This document shows positions 34,749 through 39,386 of a DNA stretch of 39,386 nt, in pieces; within the stretch, counting starts at the first letter, position 1; each line of letters opens with the position of its first letter. The stretch spans positions 1 through 39,386 of the forward strand of contig JBFMGU010000081.1 of NCBI GenBank assembly GCA_040752415.1. The letters run 5' to 3'. A program made the translations under genes and the position numbers. The notes under the pieces were generated by a model. The model was not told where the DNA came from, made no database searches, and saw only the letters and a list, made by a program, of their open reading frames with translations. Source of the DNA: Myxococcota bacterium (GTDB taxonomy: Bacteria > Myxococcota > JACRCW01).

Positions 34749-37361
34749 ATGCGAAACGTGAGACACCTGGTGGTCATGGGCTTGTTTGGTGCGGCAACCC
34801 TGATGGGCTGCAGCGGGTCGGGAAGCTCCTCGAGCAGTTCCGGGGACAGCAACGGGGCCAGCAGTGGCGGCAACGGCTCCAGCGGTGCGTCCGGCAGCGG
34901 CAGCAGTGGGAGCGGGAGTGGCAGCGGGTCCAACTCCAGCAGCGGTGACACCGGCTCCGGCAGCACCAGCGGGAGCACCAGCGGAAGCAACAGCAGCAGC
35001 GGCTCCACCTCCGGGTCCACGTCCGGCTCCACCAGCTCCAGCGGCGGGCTGACCCAGTGCATCCCGGACGAGGAGGGCAACGCCAGCAGCTCCTCCAGCT
35101 CCAGCACGGGTGGCAGCTCCGGCACGCTCCCCTGCACCGACGACGACCGCGAGCCCAACAACAGCTCCGACGCCGCCAGCGTCATCACGCTCACCGGTGT
35201 CAGCACCACGGTCAGCGGCCTCATGAGCTGCCAGGACGGCGACGACTGGTACCGCTTCACCGTGCCGGCCAACAACGGCCTGACGGTGACCATGGACTTC
35301 ACCCACGACGACGCGGACCTGGACCTCTTCCTCTACGACGCGTCCGACACCGCCGACGACGTGGACTCCTCCACCAGCACCTCCGACCAGGAAGTGGTCC
35401 GCTACACGCTCTTCCCGACGCAGACCGACGTGCTGCTGCGCGTGGAGAACTACCAGAACGGCGGCGTGGCGGCCTACACCCTGACCATTGAGACGGTGGC
35501 CGGCGGCTCCTGCGACGCGGACTTCTACGAGGACGACGACGACGAGGCCTCCGCCAACACCAGCACCGGCACCAACGGCCGCATCTCCAGCCTCACGGCC
35601 TGCGCGGGCGACGCGGACTTCTTCTCCTTTGCGCCCAACACCCCCGGCGCCAACACCACCGTGCGCGTGGCGTATGACAGCGCGCTGGGCAACCTGGACA
35701 CGTCCATCACCGAGCAGGGTCAGACCGCGGTGCTGGCCACGGGCACGTACGCCAACGGCGCCTCCACGCTCACCTTCACCAGCGAGGCGGGCAAGACGTA
35801 CATCCTGAAGGTGGAGTACCAGGGCAGCGGCTCCGGCCTCTCCTACTCCGTGGAGTACGTCAACGCCGGCTTCTGCGACGACGACTTCAACGAGCCCAAC
35901 GACGACGCCGCCTCCGCCACGGAGTACAGCAGCTTTGGCCACTACGGCACGCTGTGCGACGACAACGCCGACTACTACGCGTTCACCCCGGGCATCCCCG
36001 GCGCCGACACGCGCGTGGTCATCAAGTGGGACATTGCCGACGGCGACCTGGACGCGGTGGTGTTTGCCGAGGGCCAGGAGAACGCGCCGCTGGGCACCCT
36101 GCCGGCGCACAACGCGGACCTGGGCGGCGCGGAGATCAACTTCGCCTCCGAGACGGGGACCAACTACTTCGTCAAGGTGAGCAGCGCGTCGGGCACGGGC
36201 GCCATTGACTACACGGTGACCTACACTGGCGCCGCGTTCTGCGACGATGACTCCAGCGAGGAGAATGACACCGAGGCCACCGCCACCGACGCCACGGACG
36301 CGTTCCTCTACCCGACCATCTGCGGCGCGGACCCGGACTACTTCTCCTTTGCCGTCCCCGCCGCGGGGCCCGCGCGCATCGTGGTGGAGTACGACCAGGC
36401 CGACGGGAGCCTGACCGCCACGGCGTTTGCCGCCGGCAGCGAGGGCAGCCCGCTGGCCTCTTCCGGCACCTACGACGCCGAGGAGGGTGGCGTGGTGCTG
36501 ACCGCCAACATCCCCTCGCCGGGCACGTATTTCCTGAAGGTGGTGAGCAGCAACGGCACCGGCGAGATCCCGTACGACTTCTCCGTCGGCGGCATGGCGT
36601 TCTGCGAGAACGAGGACGGCGAGCCCAACGACACCGCGCAGACCGCCACGCCGGTGGACGTGGACACGCTGACCGGCATGCGCCTGTGCGGCACCGACGT
36701 GGACCACGTCAGCTTCCAGGTGGACCCGGCGGGCGAGGGCTCCGAGGTGGAGGTCTACCTGGGCACGGGCTACCCGGATGACATCACCGTGGAGCTGCTG
36801 GACAGCAACGGCACCGCCGTGACCGCCACGCCGGACGTGGGGACCTACTCCGTGCGGCTGAACTTCACCTCCACGGCGGGGACCACGTACATCCTGAAGG
36901 TCACCGGCCTGAACGCCGCCGACGAGGTCCGCTACAGCGTCTACGTCAACGGCGCGCCGCCGCCGCCGCCGGCCAATGACAGCTGCGCGTCGGCCGTCTC
37001 GCTGACCGCGGCCCAGTCGCTCAGCGGCACCACGCTGGGCGCCACCAATGACGTGGAGTTCAACGGGAACGCGTGCACCGGTTACAGCAACAGCGGTCGC
37101 GACGTGTTCTACTCCGTGACCGTGGGCCCGGGTCAGACGCTGACCGCCACGGTGGAGTCCGAGGCGGACCTGGCGGTCTACCTCGTCGAGGATTGCGCCA
37201 CGCGCTGCTGCTGGGCGGGCGTGGACGGCGTGGGTGGCCCGGAAGTGCTGACGCACACCAACGTCACCGGCGCCAGCCAGACGCTGATCCTCGGCGTGGA
37301 CGGCTACAGCGGCAGCGCCTACGCGGCCGGCGACTTCACCATCACGCTGGACATCCAGTGA
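34749..37361 (+). CDS. Acidic surface lipoprotein with tandem PPC-like (pre-peptidase C-terminal) domains
   Basis: Lipobox LMGC; Ser/Gly linker; five C-x-D-D-x-x-E-x-N-D-type modules, each followed by D.D.(Y/F).F and D(L)D-type motifs; final PPANDSC domain. GGAG RBS. Confidence 0.8.
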   Translation: MRNVRHLVVMGLFGAATLMGCSGSGSSSSSSGDSNGASSGGNGSSGASGSGSSGSGSGSGSNSSSGDTGSGSTSGSTSGSNSSSGSTSGSTSGSTSSSGGLTQCIPDEEGNASSSSSSSTGGSSGTLPCTDDDREPNNSSDAASVITLTGVSTTVSGLMSCQDGDDWYRFTVPANNGLTVTMDFTHDDADLDLFLYDASDTADDVDSSTSTSDQEVVRYTLFPTQTDVLLRVENYQNGGVAAYTLTIETVAGGSCDADFYEDDDDEASANTSTGTNGRISSLTACAGDADFFSFAPNTPGANTTVRVAYDSALGNLDTSITEQGQTAVLATGTYANGASTLTFTSEAGKTYILKVEYQGSGSGLSYSVEYVNAGFCDDDFNEPNDDAASATEYSSFGHYGTLCDDNADYYAFTPGIPGADTRVVIKWDIADGDLDAVVFAEGQENAPLGTLPAHNADLGGAEINFASETGTNYFVKVSSASGTGAIDYTVTYTGAAFCDDDSSEENDTEATATDATDAFLYPTICGADPDYFSFAVPAAGPARIVVEYDQADGSLTATAFAAGSEGSPLASSGTYDAEEGGVVLTANIPSPGTYFLKVVSSNGTGEIPYDFSVGGMAFCENEDGEPNDTAQTATPVDVDTLTGMRLCGTDVDHVSFQVDPAGEGSEVEVYLGTGYPDDITVELLDSNGTAVTATPDVGTYSVRLNFTSTAGTTYILKVTGLNAADEVRYSVYVNGAPPPPPANDSCASAVSLTAAQSLSGTTLGATNDVEFNGNACTGYSNSGRDVFYSVTVGPGQTLTATVESEADLAVYLVEDCATRCCWAGVDGVGGPEVLTHTNVTGASQTLILGVDGYSGSAYAAGDFTITLDIQ

Positions 37362-37668
37362 TTCCCTGACCGCTTCGTCGTCGGCGCCGAGACCATCCTC
37401 GTCCCGCGCCGCGACGGTGGCGCTCCTTCCCCATCACGCCAGGCATCACCACCGCCCCGGACAAGGGCAGCGCGGATGGCACCATCACGTCGTGACGGTG
37501 TGCTGCACGGGCTGCGTCCGGCGCCGCAAGGGTTATCTCGCTGTGCGGAACGCGCCTGCGGGCCGCGCGACCGTGTCGGTGACGTGAGCGCATGGGTGAC
37601 GTTGCGCGGCCGCCGCACGCCAGGCGCGTCCGCATTTCCTTCCCCGTGGGGAGCGGCAGGAGGCAGCC

Positions 37669-38826
37669 GTGAAAGCACTGGTGTACCACCGGCCCAAGGG
37701 CGTGAGCGTGGACACGGTGGATGATCCACGCCTGGAGAAACCCGACGACGTCATTGTCCGCGTCACCGCCACGGCCATCTGCGGCTCGGACCTGCACATC
37801 TACAACGGCTTCATCCCGCAGCTCCGCCCGCTGGTGCTGGGACACGAGTTCCTGGGCGTGGTGGAGGAGGTGGGTGGCGAGGTCAAGAAGCTGCGCCGGG
37901 GAGACCGTGTGCTGGTGCCGTTCTGCATTGCGTGCGGGACGTGCTTCTTCTGCCAGAAGGATCTTCCCGGCCACTGTGAGCGGTCCAACCCGGAGCGCTA
38001 CGGGCCGGAGGGCGGCATCCTGGGCCAGAAAGGCGGCGGCCTCTTCGGGTACACCGACCTGTACGGTGGCTACGCGGGCGGGCAGGCGGAATACGTGCGG
38101 GTGCCCTTCGCCGACGTGGGCCCGCGCAAGGTCCCGGACCATCTCACCGACGAGCAGGCACTCTTCCTCACCGACATCCTCCCCACGGGCTGGACCGCCA
38201 TGGACTGGGGCGAGGTGAAGGGCGGCGAGAGCGTGGCGATCTTCGGCTGCGGCCCGGTGGGAATCATGGCGGCCAAGTGCGCGCTGTTCCGCGGGGCGCG
38301 ACGTGTGTTTCTCGTCGACCGCGAGGATTACCGGCTCCACCGTGCACGCCAGCTCACCGACGCGTTTGCCATCAACTACGAGACCGAGGACGCGGTGGAC
38401 ATCATCCGCAGCATGACCGGCGGCCGGGGCGCGGACGTGTGCGTGGATGCCGTGGGGCTGGAGGCGCACCGCACGCCCGTCGACAAGCTGAGCAACCTGG
38501 TGCACGGGCAGATGGGTTCCATCCAGGCCCTGAAGATGTGCCTGAGCGCCGTTCGACGAGGAGGCATCCTCAGCGGCGTGGGTGTGTACGGGATGCCGTA
38601 TGACAACTTCCCGCTGGGACAGGCCTTCGACAAAGGTCTCACGCTGCGCTTTGGACAGGCGCTGGTCCACAAGTACGTGGATCAGTTGTTGGGATTGGTG
38701 GCCGAGGGGAAGCTGCGCGCCGACGACGTCATCTCACACCGCATGCCCCTGTCCGAGGCGCCGCGCGCCTACGAGATCTTCAACGCCAAACGCGACGCGT
38801 GCCTGAAGGTCGTGCTCTTGCCGTGA
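37669..38826 (+). CDS. Zinc-dependent alcohol dehydrogenase (formaldehyde dehydrogenase-like, YbdR type)
   Basis: ICGSDLH, LGHE, CGTCFFC...C, GGQAEY, GCGPVG. GGAGG RBS, GTG start. Confidence 0.93.
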   Translation: MKALVYHRPKGVSVDTVDDPRLEKPDDVIVRVTATAICGSDLHIYNGFIPQLRPLVLGHEFLGVVEEVGGEVKKLRRGDRVLVPFCIACGTCFFCQKDLPGHCERSNPERYGPEGGILGQKGGGLFGYTDLYGGYAGGQAEYVRVPFADVGPRKVPDHLTDEQALFLTDILPTGWTAMDWGEVKGGESVAIFGCGPVGIMAAKCALFRGARRVFLVDREDYRLHRARQLTDAFAINYETEDAVDIIRSMTGGRGADVCVDAVGLEAHRTPVDKLSNLVHGQMGSIQALKMCLSAVRRGGILSGVGVYGMPYDNFPLGQAFDKGLTLRFGQALVHKYVDQLLGLVAEGKLRADDVISHRMPLSEAPRAYEIFNAKRDACLKVVLLP

Positions 38827-38929
38827 GCACCGGCCGCGCGCCGCGCGTCTGCGTATATCCCTGCATCCAACGACATCCCTGCTGATTCCACGACGACGCG
38901 ACGGTCACCCGTGGCCGAGGAGGACGATC

Positions 38930-39289
38930 ATGGTTGGGAAGCCCAACTTGCCGGAAGACGCGGACCAGCGGACGGACCTGAGAGGCATGGCCATGCCCAC
39001 CGAGGGACTCACGGCGTTGGACCAGGAACGTGAGGCCTCCATGGCGGATGAAGGTGGGGCGTCCGGGGCTTGGATGGAAAGCCAGGAGCCGCGCTCGGAA
39101 GCGGAGCTCATGACCTCGGCATACGGGAAGCAGGAACAGCGGATACGGCGCGTTTCCCGACGGGGTTTCTACCTGGTGGCCAGCGCGCTCGCGGTGATTG
39201 GCGGGAGCATCATCTACGCGCGGAGGGTGATGCGGCCACGCTCCTGGCTCAGACCGCTGGTGTTCCGGCAGATGAGGTCGAAGCGTTAG
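38930..39289 (+). CDS. Hypothetical small protein with C-terminal TM helix
   Basis: Strong GAGGAGG RBS; acidic N-terminus; TM FYLVASALAVIGGSIIY; basic tail. Confidence 0.6.
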   Translation: MVGKPNLPEDADQRTDLRGMAMPTEGLTALDQEREASMADEGGASGAWMESQEPRSEAELMTSAYGKQEQRIRRVSRRGFYLVASALAVIGGSIIYARRVMRPRSWLRPLVFRQMRSKR

Positions 39290-39331
39290 GGCTGCGTCAG
39301 AGCAAGTTGGCCAATTGGGGTTGCCGACGTC

Positions 39332-39386
39332 GTGAGCGGACCACGACCTGGAGTGCGGCGGGCCCTCGCCGCCCTGGCCAGCGCCG
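39332..39386 (+). CDS. Possible start of a CDS running off the right edge
   Basis: GTG then SGPRPGVRRALAALASA, resembling the start of a signal peptide; too short to confirm. Confidence 0.25.
   Translation, partial: MSGPRPGVRRALAALASA

Overview
A very GC-rich bacterial chromosomal window, most consistent with Myxococcota. This is inferred from the Cys-rich DCGGxC lipoprotein, the PPC-repeat lipoprotein, a REC-DUF4388 regulator, an FHA protein and a pseudo-receiver coiled-coil protein. About 26 genes are supportable. Housekeeping and export: rpsU, lolA-like, tatA-like. Signalling: REC-DUF4388, a chemoreceptor-like HAMP protein lacking the MCP signalling tip, a PAS/GAF hybrid kinase, a pseudo-REC coiled-coil. 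DNA repair: a ligase-associated exonuclease plus ATP-dependent ligase. Also three large surface lipoproteins and several oxidoreductases and methyltransferases. The most unusual element is a translationally coupled operon of SAM methyltransferase, EboD-like sugar-phosphate cyclase and EboE-like TIM barrel. Both Ebo-like ORFs are intact but appear to have lost key catalytic or metal-binding residues, no other ebo genes are present, and two Rieske oxidoreductases lie just upstream. Other notable features are a Tat-lipoprotein intradiol dioxygenase split by a +1 frameshift opposite tatA, a perfect 20-bp inverted-repeat element upstream of the repair genes, a structured rpsU leader, and two intergenic elements built from short tandem repeats. 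No rRNA, tRNA, CRISPR array or transposase was recognised. All family calls come from motif recognition by eye, not from database searches.
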